Shown: positions 26,734-41,529 of the stretch, in pieces
How the letters are laid out: each line of letters begins with the position of its first letter
How positions within the stretch are numbered: the first letter of the stretch is position 1
Source: Eledone cirrhosa
Taxonomy: Eukaryota
DNA length: 64,000 nt
Assembly (NCBI GenBank): GCA_964016885.1
Contig: OZ024755.1
Location: 19,034,001 to 19,098,000, forward strand
Reading direction: 5' to 3'
Notes under the pieces: generated by a model
What the model saw: only the letters and a program-made list of their open reading frames with translations
Databases searched by the model: none
Told to the model about the DNA's origin: nothing
Program-made: the position numbers and the translations under genes

Positions 26734-27154
26734 AATATATAAACAATCATCTGGTTGTGGAACCAACCAACCAACCAACCGGAAATTTATAAATTATAAT
26801 AAATTGAAGTGAAAGCAACTGGTGCATGTGTTTCTTATTGGCAACATCACCCTCCCAAAGTATAACAATATATATCATCATCATCATCACCGCTTTATGT
26901 GTCCGTTCTTCCATGCTAGCATGGGTTAGACGGGTTGTCCTGTTGTGGGCAGTGTCTGGTCGGCTGACCATGCCTTGCTCATACAGGAACTGTGGGGTAT
27001 ATATATATATATTTGATGGCTAGAAATAGCCGTCGAAACGGCTTGAGCTCTGCCGTCGGGGTCATTCTTTTTCCTATTACCCACTCTACTACCCTAAGTA
27101 TTGAGTACTCTGGTGCATTATGGTCCATCTGGTTCCTTACCACACTTCCTTCGT

Positions 27155-27193
<39 letters not shown>

Positions 27194-27354
27194 CAACGCT
27201 ACAGAGAAAATAATGAAAGAAAAACATCCATCTTCTACTTCAGCTACCCCATCAGCAATGCAATTCCGTACATATGGGTGGAATATATATATATATATAT
27301 ATATATATACAAATGTATATATATTCATTTTATTATGGCTTAATAGCCGTCAAC

Positions 27355-27820
<466 letters not shown>

Positions 27821-29990
27821 GGGATGAAAATAAGCATAATAAGAATGAGGGATTATGTGAAGAAGAAACTGAAGGAAAAAAATTAATGAGAAAACAAAGA
27901 GTAAAACAGAAAAGATGTGAACAAATAGAACACTGGGGAGAGATGATAAAATAAAAAGAAAGAGAGTGGGGTATTAAAATAGAGTAAATTCATGTGTAAG
28001 AGGTCAACAGGGGGTTTCAATGTTTAGGTAAGACTTAAGATATTTCTTTCTAACCATCCCCTATACATTGATGGCTGGCTAAGCCATAATACACACAATC
28101 TATATAGAAGAAACCCCCCTCACACACACAAAAAAAACAGAAATAAAAACAAGGAAAAAGCTTTGAGATTGAGCCAACAAGAGAGAACCACTACATGGTT
28201 TCTCACCTAACTAAAAATAGCAGGCAATACCTCTCTAAAACCATATGCTGCTCTCATAAAACTGAAAGGGTACATGTAGCACTAGATACATTGTCTTAAA
28301 AGAAAGACTAACTTGTCACAATTGGAATGTCTTTGGTGATAGGTTTTCTCAATCAAATCTGAGCTACAGACTAAATAATAACAACATTTACATTTACATG
28401 AGATCGTGTAGGTGTCACGACAAAAAAACACACAGTCCACGCTGTAATGTGGCCGTGTAGGCAACACGGTAAAAACCTCGCAGCCCCACACTGTAAATGT
28501 GGTTGGTGTTAGGAAGGGCATCCAGCTGTAGAAAACCCGCCAGACAGTCCTATGCGAGCAAGACAACCACTCTTGCCTCAAGTGGGAAAACCCCCGTCCA
28601 AACCCATGCAAGCGTGGAACACGGACGTTAAACGTTGATGATGATGATGATGATGATTCATTTGTTTTATCTCTATCACACCTCAGTTTCAATGTCTAAG
28701 TACTGGATGTATAAAATTCAACATCAAAGGGTATAAAACACAATTTTTACACCTTATGGTGCCAATTGCTGTCCAGTTAAATATAATTAAATAAACATAT
28801 TGGACAGAGACATAACTAGGTGGTTAAGTGTTGCAATCAGAAATATTTTAACTCATGGTTCATGGTTAGATAATTAGATTCGCAATTTATGAGGTGGTGA
28901 GTTTGATTCCCAGACTGATCAATGTGTTATATCCTTGAGCAGGACACTTTATTTCACATTGATCCTTCTGTTAGGAATTGGAACTGGGAGATAGTATCAG
29001 AAATGGAAAGACCAATGGAAACATTGTTTCCTTGGTCTGATTTGATGAGTCCCCCCCCCCCCCACTTGGTCAGCGAATGAGATCAATTCAAGCAATCAAT
29101 GAACTCCTAACAATTCTGTATAAAACTACATATTATAATATACTGACAAAGATGGTGGATTGGCAGAATCAGTAGAGTGACACACAAAATACCTTTATGG
29201 TATTTGTTCCATCATGTTACATTCTGAATTCAAATCCTGCCAAGGTCCATTCTTTCATTCTTCTATGGTTGATAAAAACGACCTTCACCTCTCCCTTAAT
29301 TGCTGGCCTTGAGACTAAATAAGAAACCATAATAATCCTGAGGACAAAATAGTCTTTGAAGTACATTTACTAACTACATTTAGAAACTAAAAGTTATTAC
29401 AAACATAAAACCCTGATTATCCTATCTCCCACCATCTGCCCCCACCTCACCCTAACACATACAAAATTACAGTCTTTTATATGAGAGCTGGTGATAATTC
29501 TTATGTTATAACAAAAGAAAATGAGTATGTATGTGTGCATGTGTGTTGATATTCTCTCTCTCTTTCTAACTCCATCTCACTCGCTCTCCCCATATCTCAC
29601 TATTATATATACAATGGGAGCCCATCTGCCGACCATTTGCGGTCCTAGCAGACAGAATAGAGAAGGCGTTTCCCCTGGAGGACGTTGAAGAAGACATGTT
29701 GTTAGAGCCATTCCAACCTGCAAAGCTCACAATTGTGCGTAGCCAACTCCATGACAATGGTGGTGAGTATTGATAACGAAAACATGACAGATTTACTCAA
29801 ATATTTATCAATATATTATGTGAACAGGAAACAGAAGTGGTCTAACATGATTCATTCAATACAGTTAAGATTTCGGCCAATACATGATAGAATTATGAAG
29901 TATTTTTTTAGAGCTAGCCATCTTTTTGAACTTGTTAATGGCAGCAAATCTTTATCTCATGAAAAATCTAAAAATACACACACTTACACA

Positions 29991-30062
<72 letters not shown>

Positions 30063-30409
30063 AGTGTGTGTGTGTGTGTGTTTATATATATTCTATATTT
30101 TTAATCTTCTTTAGAGAATATTATAAAGAAAGGACTTCAGTTGATAAGAGAAATTTCAAAAGGATTATTCATGGACGATTGTGTAGACTCTGAAGTGGCA
30201 CTACCAAAAACAAATTTATTAGTTTGATGATTAGAGCTTTGATGTTCTTCAATGAATTTGTCATTTCATATCTCAGAATATTGATTTCTCACACTGTCAC
30301 TGTGTAAGAAATATTGATTTTTAGAAGATGGATATAGTCAATCAGCCTTGGATTATAACAGGTACTTATTTATTCAAATCAGAGCAGTGGATTAGCAGAA
30401 TCATTAAGG

Positions 30410-30513
30410 CAGTAATTCTAAACATGGGGTAATTTGAATATTTAGGGGCATGGGGGTAACAAATTTTGAGATGTTGATGTGGGGCATGGTGCCCAAAAGG
30501 TTGGGAACCACTG
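30410..30513. mobile_element. Small hAT-like MITE inserted into a family-A SINE
   Basis: Ends cagtaattctaaacat / aggttgggaaccactg. SINE sequence resumes on both sides; TSD is imperfect. Confidence 0.45.
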
Positions 30514-32008
30514 CATTATTAAGACAGTGGACAACATGTTTTATAGTATATGTTTCAGTTAATTACATCGTGAGTTCAAATCTTGCCATGGTCTACATTT
30601 CCTTTCAACCTTGCATGGTTGATAAAATAAAATCCGTCAAAAACTAGGATTGATTTGACCACCTAACCCTTCTTCCTAAATTTCTGACTTTTTGTCTATG
30701 TTAGAAATACTTACAACAAAAAATAGTCAGACAAACTGCAAGAAATAAAAATCAAATGTCTCTCAAAGCACAGCCTTACAATCTTTTTTAAAAAAATGTT
30801 AGGATATATTAAATAGTGTAGATACTATATCTGAAAAACTAAGATGGGATAGTCATGCTTTGATGTCTTTAATCGTACACATGTTTGGTCAGGGCAGACT
30901 TGGTACCAACATAAATTGGTATGTATTTCATCAGCCAGAGCAGATGAAAGTTGAAGTCATCTCCTGCAGGATTTGAACTCAAAATATTGAGGAATTAATC
31001 TAAATACTGTTTTAACTACTACACTACTTCTCATGTTTAATTTCCTAATGTTACTGCGATGCAAATAGGCCCATGTAAAGCTGGAAATAAACCTTGGAAT
31101 ATAACAGGTATTAACCTAAATACTGTTTTAACCACTACACTACCTCTTTTGTTTAATTTATTAATGTTACTGTGATGTAAACAGGCCTGTGTAAATCTGA
31201 AAATAGTTCCAAACCAGATGCAAAATATAGACCTTCAAAGTAGATAATAGGGCCAAGTCCAATGTGAAATATAACCCCCACCTCTCACTAACAGGTAATA
31301 AGTTCAAGCCAGATGTGAAAGGCTCCGATTCAAGCTGCTCATATATATTTTTGTAATCGATGCTAAATGCATATGATTTGTATATGGGCTACAGGTATAT
31401 AAATGAAGTGTACATGATGTAATTATAAGTAACAGAACAGGATAAAAGAACTAAAACACATAGGGTGGGGTAGCTTCCCACTCAAAATCGTAGATCCATG
31501 ACATCCGGCAAACTTGAACCCCCCTTCTCCCCCCCTTTCTGGCCTAGATGTAAATATACACAGCAAATTCTAACTTCAGCTTGCTTGCCTCTATCTTTAT
31601 TAAGAAATCAAAATTCTTTACACATTGATAATCCAAATTCCCACACCTAAATCATAAAATAAAATCTAAAACATCTTTAACCACTGCTTTATCATTCCTC
31701 TGACTAAATCTTAAACATAACTAAACATTATAATAAGAAAAACAAAAATAAAAAGAGAAAAAAAAGAGAAAAAAGTGAGGAAAAAAATGGTAGCCATATA
31801 ACCTGTTTATAACTAGGAGAGATCAGACATATATATCTTGAAGGTATGTAAATATATGTTTTGATGGAATGTAAAATGTCTTGAAGGTATGTAGCTAGCA
31901 TCAATGAATTTCCAAGTGTAACTAAAATTATTTTAGTATTTGTTACTAAACACTGCAAGTGACTAAATATTTTCTATATTATATATGGCAATAGCTTTCT
32001 GTCTCATT

Positions 32009-32195
32009 CGAGGGTGGGCTGAAAAATTCATAAGTTGACTATGAAGGAGTGATGCTAGAGATGTGAAATTAATTTCAATTCTTATTATTAATAACTTCAT
32101 TGTTTCCTTCTAGGGACTATGTTATAAAATAAACCTCATTTGGTCATTTCATGAGAGTATCTTCATCAGCCTATGAACTTTTCGGCCGACTCTTG
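32009..32195. mobile_element. Mariner-like MITE
   Basis: Imperfect TIRs cgagggtgggctgaaaaattcataagttga / tcagcctatgaacttttcggccgactcttg, with TA on the right side. Confidence 0.65.
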
Positions 32196-32378
32196 TATAT
32201 GATGTAAATAAAATAAAATAGACGTTAGCATATATATGTGTGCGTTGTTAAGAAATTCACTTAGCAACCATCTGGGTTAGGAATCTATTTCATTGCAACC
32301 GCACTTTGAACAAATGTCTTCTACCATAGCTTCAGGTGGATCAATGTTTTTTTGAGTGAACTTGTTAAACAGAAACTA

Positions 32379-32580
32379 CCATATCTACTCAAATATAAGC
32401 CGAGGAATATGTGACCAAAAAATTCGATGGTAGAAGAGGGTTGGCATATAGTCGGGGTCAATATTTTGATGATTTTTCACCAACTTCAAATTCTACATAA
32501 ATAAGGTTTGGATTTTTGTCCATATCTCAAACATAAAATAGTGGGGGTCGGCTTATAATTAAGTATTCAAGTTTATAGGG
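32379..32580. mobile_element. Tc1/mariner-superfamily (pogo/Tc2-like) MITE
   Basis: TA-flanked, imperfect TIRs ccatatctactcaaatataagccga / tcggcttata...tattcaagtttataggg. Confidence 0.55.
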
Positions 32581-32870
32581 TATATGTTAAATATTTCTTT
32601 AAACATTTGTATCTGCTTTAGAATAGGTACACTCTTTGTGTGTTGTAAGAAGCAACTGAAAGGGTTAGTGTCAGGAATGGCACCAGGCTGTAAAACATTG
32701 CCTCAAAAAGTGCCATCCCACCCATGCCAGTGTGGAAAAATCGGTGTAAACATGATGATGATGATGTTAGCTCCAGATCAAACTTGGTTATGCTGACTTG
32801 TGGTTGAAGTTATTCCAGCCCTGACCACCCTGTCATTTTAGGATGCTATATCTAGAATATGTTATGTAAT

Positions 32871-33030
32871 CTAGAAGTCAATGGAAACCGCGGCGTGGGG
32901 AAACCCAAGAAGACTTGGGATGAGGTGATAAAAGCCGACCTTACCCAATTACACTTCTCAAAGGCGATGACACACGACCGTGACCTCTGGCGTCACGCAG
33001 TAATACAGAGTACCCGACCTCCCATGGGTA
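32871..33030 (+). mobile_element. RTE LINE 3' fragment
   Basis: Encodes LEVNGNRGVGKPKKTWDEVIKADL and HDRDLWRHAV, similar to the RTE C-terminus at 23901-24125. Confidence 0.7.
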
Positions 33031-33749
33031 CAAGCTGAAGCATATAGATAATATGCCCCCACACCCTCCCACTGCAAAGTGGTCGTGGAGGTGCCACGGC
33101 AAAAAAGCACCCAGCCCACACTGTAAAGTGGACGTGTAGGCGCCACGGAAAAAAAAGCACCCAGCACTCACTGTAAATGAGGTTGGTGTTAGGAAGGGCA
33201 TCCAGCTGTAGAAATCAAGCCAAAATCAGTTCCTGTATGAGCAAAGCATGGTCAGCCGACCAGACCCGGCCCACAACAGGACAACCCGTCTAACCCATGC
33301 TAGCACAGAAGAACGGACGTAAAACGATGATGATGATGTTGTGAATAAAATTCATTAACCACACAGCCATCCCAGCTATATCTATCAAATTGATTGACAA
33401 GATCTCAAACCTTATTCGCTTACAGAGTGGGATAGAACTTGTAAAATTAGACCAAGGAAACAATGTTTCCATTGGTCTTTCCATTGCTGATACTATCTGC
33501 CGGTCACAACTCCTAGCAAGTATATACACAAAAATTATGAGGAAGAGAGGAATGAAATTGACAGAACATTGCTGTATCATGAACAGGCATTTATTTATCC
33601 TACATTGGTATTTAACAGCACATAGTTGGACTGAACACACACTACATAAAAAATACTTTAATAGTTTTTTTTTAAATAAATATATGCGTTTCTATATTTT
33701 CTTCATTTATAAGTTCCCGTTTCACAATAATATACTTCAAAATTTATAG

Positions 33750-33788
<39 letters not shown>

Positions 33789-34275
33789 AAATTTAAACCA
33801 GTAAAACATTATTTTGCAAATGTTAACATCAAAGGATGGGTTTGCTAGAGATAACTAGAGAGAAGAGTGAGTAGTGTTTCTATATTACCCCTCTCTCTTT
33901 ATCAAACTCATCCTTAGCCATATCTGTATCATGTACATTTATTCATGTTTTGTTGCTTATGTACATAAAAATAGATTTATTGGTCATAATGCTGGTATCT
34001 TTTTTTTTTCTAAAGTGTAGTATACGTTTCGTATGAAATAATCTACAAAATATATTACACAATATATAAAGATAAATATTTATTTTTAAACAATAACTCT
34101 AAAAACAAAAACTACTATACAAATGAATATTGTTTTATATATATATATTATATATATATATATATAGTTTTGATAAGCTGGTAATGTTGGCATAACTTTG
34201 AAGTAAACAGTGACCATTAATAACGAATATTACATTGTCTTTATATAAAGTTTGTGTGGGTATGTATATGTGTGC

Positions 34276-34312
<37 letters not shown>

Positions 34313-34477
34313 AAATTCAGGACCCTGGCAGCTGAGCTCTGACGCCGTAACAACAGTTAGAACTGCTGGAGCTCTGGCGTTGGGTCCTGAATTTGTTCAT
34401 ATTACCCACTCTACTACCTCAAATATTGAGAACTCTAGTGAGTAATGGTCTAACTGGTTTTTGCTGCCTCCATTCTG

Positions 34478-34513
<36 letters not shown>

Positions 34514-34514
34514 T

Positions 34515-34822
34515 CAAGCTGAAGCATATAGACAATATGCCCCCACACCCTCACACTGCAAAGTGGTCGTGGAGGTGCCATGGCAAAAAAGCACCCAGCC
34601 CACACTGTAAAGTGGACGTGTAGGTGCCACGGCAAAAAAGCACCCAGCACTCACTGTAAATGAGGTTGGTGTTAGGAAGGGCATCCAGCTGTAGAAATCA
34701 AGCCAGAATCAGTTCTTATATGAGCAAGAGGTCAGCCGATCGGACACTGCCCACAACAGGCCAACCCGTCTAACCCCTGCTAGCATGGAAGAACGGACGT
34801 AAAACGGTGATGATCATGATGA
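34515..34822 (+). mobile_element. Non-autonomous element with RTE-type 3' tail and no visible tRNA head
   Basis: Near-identical to 33031-33340. Shares ggttggtgttaggaagggcatccagctgtagaaa and a cggacgtaaaa(TGA)n end with copies at about 6063-6195, 26875-26992(-), 28400-28657, 35085-35325(-) and 41925-42155(-). Confidence 0.75.
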
Positions 34823-34823
34823 T

Positions 34824-34891
<68 letters not shown>

Positions 34892-34893
<2 letters not shown>

Positions 34894-35080
34894 CAGCAAG
34901 GAAGAAATAGCAAGAATGGAGCAAGAAACGCTGGTCGTCCCAAGAAGACATACGTCAAACAACTTGAAGACGATACTGGATGCACTGCGGAAGAACTGGC
35001 AAACGCTATGAGAGACAGAGATGGATGGAGGAAGTGTGTCGTAGAAAGCCGAGCAAGCTCGACCTGATGATGATGATGAT
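34892..35080 (+). mobile_element. RTE-like LINE 3' end (different family) next to (TA)n
   Basis: GRPKKTYVKQLEDDTG...AMRDRDGWRKCV, then a stop and a (TGA)n tail. Confidence 0.75.
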
Positions 35081-35564
35081 ATATATCATCATCATCATCA
35101 TCATCGTTTAACATCCATCTTCCATGCTTGCAAGGGTTTGGACGGGACTTTTCCCACTTAAGGCAAGATTGGTTGTCTTGCTCGTATTGGACTGTCTGGC
35201 GGGTTTTCTACGGCTGGATGCCCTTCCTAACACCAACCACATTTACAGTGTGGACTGGGAGGTTTTTACCGTGTTACCTACACGGCCACATTACAGCGTG
35301 GACTGTGTGGTTTTTTGTCGTGACATATATATATATAAAGATTATCTTTATATATATATATATGTAAAGATTATCTCCTGTGATTATTCATGTATATTTA
35401 TATGTTAATCAATTTCTAGTTATTATAAAATGCTCGGATATATCTTTGAGCTTATTTCCAGGGGATATGGCGCATGCTGTTATGGCATGACACCCACAAT
35501 TTCGATTTAGATTAAATTCATTTAATTTGTCTTAATTTTGGATATATGTATGTATGTATGTATG

Positions 35565-35782
<218 letters not shown>

Positions 35783-36342
35783 CCAGATAAAGTAATCAAT
35801 AGAAATTTCGTAGTTACTGCCACTTTTCTACTTTTTCACTACCCGCAAGTATTGAGTGTTCAATCAGTTAATGTTTGAATGCCTTAAATACTTTGGCATT
35901 TTGAGAACCAGTCTAATATACATACATATGTGAAATGATGACTACTCCAGTTGTCTGATCAATGAAACGACACAGCCAGCTCATGAAATTAACTTTTAAA
36001 CGGTTGAGTACTCCACAATTATGTGTATCTATAATGTAATTCCCTAGGATGTTCAGAGTGTGACACACTTAGATATTTAACATCTTCATCGTCTCATTAC
36101 TATATTTCTAATAATTGTTTCTACTTTTGGCACAAGGCCAGCAATTACCCAGTACATTACTGGTACTTTATTGACCCCGTAAATATGAAAGGCAAAGTTA
36201 ACCTCGGCGGGATTTGAACTCAGATCGTAAAGGGGCGTAACTATGCTGGAAAGCATGGCGTCCGACTCTCTACCGATACTGCCAATCCACCTTCTAATAA
36301 TATACACTGTCTATGATTGTCAAATCATTTTGAAAATAATCA

Positions 36343-36698
36343 GGTCCTTGGAGTGATGTTACTCGATAGGGTGCATACCGCGGAGATCAGGGAGTCACTC
36401 CAGATAAAGCTGCTACTTCTCCAAATTGAGAGATCACAGCTCCAATACTATGGTCATGTGGTTAGAATGTCTCAGGAAAGAATCGCTGGACAAATTTTAT
36501 GGGCAAAACCAACTGCCAAGAGACCCAGGGGTAGACCCCAAGCAAGATGGTTGGATAACATCCATGAGCTTAGCTGATCTGACTTGGAAATCTAGCTGGA
36601 ACAGTTGGAGATGCTTGCTTCTGACAGGACCCATAGGAGGGAGTGTTTGAGGTCTCTGCCTCCATGACCTTCTCAGGAATAAGTGGGCGAAGAACAAG
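36343..36698 (+). mobile_element. RTE-like LINE 3' end (third family)
   Basis: IERSQLQYYGHVVRMSQER...KRPRGRPQARWLDNI; a second copy lies at 44229-44510. Confidence 0.8.
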
Positions 36699-37630
36699 AT
36701 CAGGAATTTGGAAGGATTTTGTCAAATATCTTTCCTATTCTTAAACTAATATTTAGAGTATATGTGTTGTAAGATATATAAATATAAACATTTGGAAACA
36801 AACAGTTTTGTATTACAGAACCAGGAGCATTTTCAGAGAGTTGGGTATCAGAAGGGAGATAGTCAAACTCTTATGCAATGATGGATTTAGACAGGGTAAA
36901 ACCCCAAGCTATAGAGAGCGGGGAGGCTCCTTGTTAACAAATTACACAAGAAAGTCCTACAAACATTGAAAACATACATGCCACTTCTCTATTTTGAGAC
37001 TTCTATGGAGTGTGAAGCCCTAAACAGTAGCTTATTTAGCTTATCTCTAAATCCAGCATAGTCAATTATGTATATGTGTATGTGAATGGGGTTTGTACAT
37101 GCATTAGCTAAAGTTGATAAGGTAACAATAGGTTCAATTATATTTACATAGACACACATTTACATACAAAAATGTATATGTGTGCATGTATTTTTGTGTG
37201 TTTAAAATGGTAACCTTTAAGTAAATTTTACATTGACCATATGAATAATTTAATTGTTTTGAATAAATTGAAGGGTTTCAAGAGTTTCAATAAGAATATA
37301 TTTTAAACAGAGCAGGAAGTTTAGTAGAGAACTATGAGGAAAATTATTCAACTAGAAACAATTTGAATAAAATCAAATTAAATGACAGTGAAAAGTAAAG
37401 TGAGAGTAAAGGTTAACATTTGCAAATAATACAGAGTGTAGTGGGTGTGGATGAATGTTTATGGCTGAATGCTGAGATAATAATAGTAATCCACCCTACA
37501 CATATCCAAAATTGTGAGCAGCAGTGGGAGGTTTTTGTAAATTCATGTTGATGTTGCTGCTGATGATGATGATGACATAGTAGGTGAGGGTGATACTAGA
37601 GCTTGTGATAATGATGAGGATATTTGTAAA

Positions 37631-37667
<37 letters not shown>

Positions 37668-37739
37668 TGATTGATGATGTTGGTGTGTGATTAATGGTGG
37701 CAGTGTTTGATTGATGATGGTGGTGGTGATGTGCAAATG

Positions 37740-38400
37740 ACAGTGGTGGCATGTGACTGATGGTGTGCTGGTGTGTGTGACAGATGGCTGTGTATGAGTG
37801 ATGATGGTGTGCTGGTGTGCGACCAATTGTAGCAGTATGTGAGTGATGATGGCATGCTGGTATGTGACTGACAGTAGCAGTATGTGAGTGATGATGGTGT
37901 GCTAGTGTGTGACTGACAGTAGCAGTATATGAGTGATGATGGTGTGCTGGTGTGTGACCGATTGTAGCAGTGTGTGAGTGATGGTAGCAGTGTGTGAGTG
38001 ATGATGGCATGCTGGTATGTGACTGACAGTAGCAGTATGTGAGTGATGATGGTATGCTGGTATGTGACTGATGGTAGCAGTATGTGAGTGATGGTAGCAG
38101 AATGTGAGTGATGGTAGCAGTATGTGAGTGATGATGGTATGCTGGTATGTGACTGATGGTAGCAGTGTGTGAGTGATAGTAGCAGAATGTGAGTGATGGT
38201 AGCAGTATGTGAGTGATGATGGTATGCTGGTGTGTGACTGATGGTAGCAGTATGTGAGTGATGATGGTATGCTGGTATGTGACTGACAGTAGCAGTGTGT
38301 GAGAGGTAGTGGTGCAAGTAATGCTGGTATACAACTGATGATTGCGTATGATTGATGGTAGTGATGCATGACTGATAGTAGTGTACAACTGTTGGTATGT
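37740..38400. repeat. Degenerate GTG/ATG-rich minisatellite (~45-bp and ~21-bp units)
   Basis: Recurring gtagcagtatgtgagtgatgatggtatgctgg. Confidence 0.85.
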
Positions 38401-38805
38401 GACTGATAATTATGTGAATGATAAAAATGATGATGATGATGATAAGAGCAATAGTAATATGTGAGTGATGATTATGTGAGTGATGATGATGTGTGTGTGA
38501 TAATAAAGTGAATGATAATGTGATAATTGTTTCTACTTTAGGCACAAGGCCAGCAATTACCCAGTGCATTACTGGTACTTTATTTTATCGACCCCGTAAG
38601 GATGAAAGGTAAAGCTAACCTCGGCGGGATTTGAACTCAGAACGTAAAGAGCCACAACTCTATGCTGTTAAGCATGGTGTCTGATTCTATTCTGTGCTGA
38701 TACTGCCAACCCTGATGATAATAATAATACTAGACTGCTGATGGTGATGATGAGACAGAAATAGGAGGAGGGATGGGGGACCTGGAAGTGGAGGACCAGG
38801 AAGAC

Positions 38806-38837
<32 letters not shown>

Positions 38838-40702
38838 GGAGGAGGAGGAGGGGGGTTTCGATTGATGATTATTATCATGATGATTATGAAAATGATGATG
38901 ATGATGATTATGATGCTGGTAATATAGTACTGAAGCTAGCAGAGAATGTCTATGTATTTATTAGGGTTCTTGCTGGTTTACAATAATAACACTTCACATA
39001 GAAAAAAGAAGGGGGTTATACAACAATAGCTGGGTTAAATAAAAGAACAATAGCTAAAAGCAGGATTGTGAATGGCAGCAAAAAAAAAAATCTATAAAAT
39101 ATCAGCCTTTTAGCATAAAACAGCAATGCTACAATAACCAAGTGAATTGATAGTTACTCCTGTGTAGGAGAAGATAAACATTGTTACTGTCTGGGGAAAT
39201 ATTACTGAGAATTTATCTATATTGGTTGTTAAAATACGATAGTAAAGGTTCTGTATAATATTTGGTTATATGTATATCTGTATAATATTTATGGCAGCAT
39301 CGGTAGAGGGTCGGACACCATGCTTTCCAGCATAGTTACGTCTCTTAACGATCTGAGTTCAAATCCCGCCGAGGTTGACTTTGCCTTTCATCCTTACGGG
39401 GTCGATAAAATAAAGTACCAGTAATGCACTGGGTAATTGCTGGCCTTGTGCCAAAAGTAGAAACAATTATTACCCAGGGCAGGGGGTTGAGAGTATTGGA
39501 AGAGCGTCGGACAACATGCTTTATGTTCTATGTTCAAATCTTGCCGAGGTTAGCTTTGTCTTTCATCCTCATGGGGTTGATAAAATAAAGTACCAGTAAT
39601 GCACTGGGGTTGATTTAATCAACTTACCCCTCCTTCCAAAAAATTGTTGGCCTTGTGTCTAAATCAGAGACCATTATTACCAGAGCACAACTCATTGTTT
39701 GTATATCTGGACTGGGTTGTGTGTTGTGTTCTTGAGCAAAACACTTCATTTCATATTGCTCCAGTATATTCAGCTGAAAATGAGTACTAGTAGCAATAGC
39801 TGAGAGGTTTCCCCCTATGATGGCCGAGCATCTTGTCCACTGGGAGAGTCTTGTACTCTCAGTTGCTTATCGCCATGAAACCAGGATAAGCATCGGCCCT
39901 AACTCGCTGTTTTACAAACAGAATAAAGTAATATATAATATATGCATACAGTTTCTTTAATAAATTGTGAGGTAACAAAGCTATGTTTATGGTTTGTTTG
40001 CGCATGTGTGTGTGAGAGTGTATGTGTGTGTTGTGATATCATGTGATTTAAGGGTTAGAGTACAAGGCTTGTGTGTGTGTGTGTTGTGATATCATGTGAT
40101 TTAAGGGTTAGAGTACAAGGCTTGTGTGTGTGTTGTGATATCATGTGATTTAAGGGTTAGAGTACAAGGCTTGTGCATGTGTGTGTGTTGTGATTTAGTG
40201 GTTAGAGTATTGGGCTCATGTATGTGTTGTGAAGTCATGTGATTTAGGGATTAAAGTACTGGGCTCATATGTGTGTGTGCATGTATGCATGTGTGTGTTG
40301 TGAAGTCATGTGATTAAGGGGTTAGAATACTGGGCTCATATGTATGCATGTGTGCGTGTGTGTGTGTGTTGTGAAGTCATGTGATTTAGGGGTTAGAGTA
40401 CTGGGCTCATCATTTTAAAGTTGTGAGTTCAATTCCTAGGCTGAGCAATGTATTCTGTGATTGAACATGGTACGTTATTTCATGTTGCTTTAGTCAATTC
40501 AGCTTACAAAAATTGGTCATACCAGTAATTCAAAGGGGCAGCGTTGTTACACACTGTGTCATGCTGAATCTTTCGAAAACCTTATTAATGATACACATTT
40601 CTGTGGAATGCTCAGTCACTTACACATTTATTTCATGAGCGAGCAGGCTATACTGTTGCTCAAACGACTGGGACACTTGATGTAGAACCAATGGAGGTCC
40701 AA

Positions 40703-41495
40703 TACACACACACACATACATACATACATACATACACACACACATACACACACACACACACACATACATACACACACACATACACACACACACATACATA
40801 CATACATACACACACACATACATACATACACACACACACATACACACACACATACACACACGCACACACATACACACACACACATACACACACACACACA
40901 CACACACATACATACATACACACACACACACATACATACACACACACACATACATACACACATACATACACACACACACACATACACACACACACACACA
41001 CACACATACACACACACATACACATACATACACACACACACACATACATACACACATACATCCACACACACACACACACTAATGTCAAGTCAGTGTCCTT
41101 AATCATCCTTGATAAAACTATTAATTTCTATTCAAGTATATTTTCAGTACTCATTCTTAGGACCATCAATACTAATCACGTGTGTCATCATCATCATCAT
41201 CATCATCTTCGATTAACGTCCATTTTCCACGTTAGCATGGGTTAGGCGTGTATGGGTGTGTTTGTGTATGTGTGTATGTATGTGTGTATGTGTGTGTATG
41301 TGTGTATGTATAGAGAGAGGGTGGGGAAGGGTACAGCAGAGGGAGACTGACAGACGGACAGATAGCAGACTGAGAGACAGAGAGAGAGAGACAGAAGGCG
41401 ACTGAGAGAAAGAGAAAGAGAGAGAGGGATATATAAGGAGACTGAGAGAGAGAAAGAGAAAGAGAGAGAGAGAGATAGAAGGAGGCTGAGAGAGG

Positions 41496-41529
<34 letters not shown>

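Noticed and set aside
30994-31205. Two-copy ~115-bp local tandem duplication
   Set aside because: Diverged, with no structure or coding signal; ordinary local duplication.
37543-38569. His/Thr-rich ORFs of 155-292 aa
   Set aside because: Open in several frames at once over a degenerate minisatellite.
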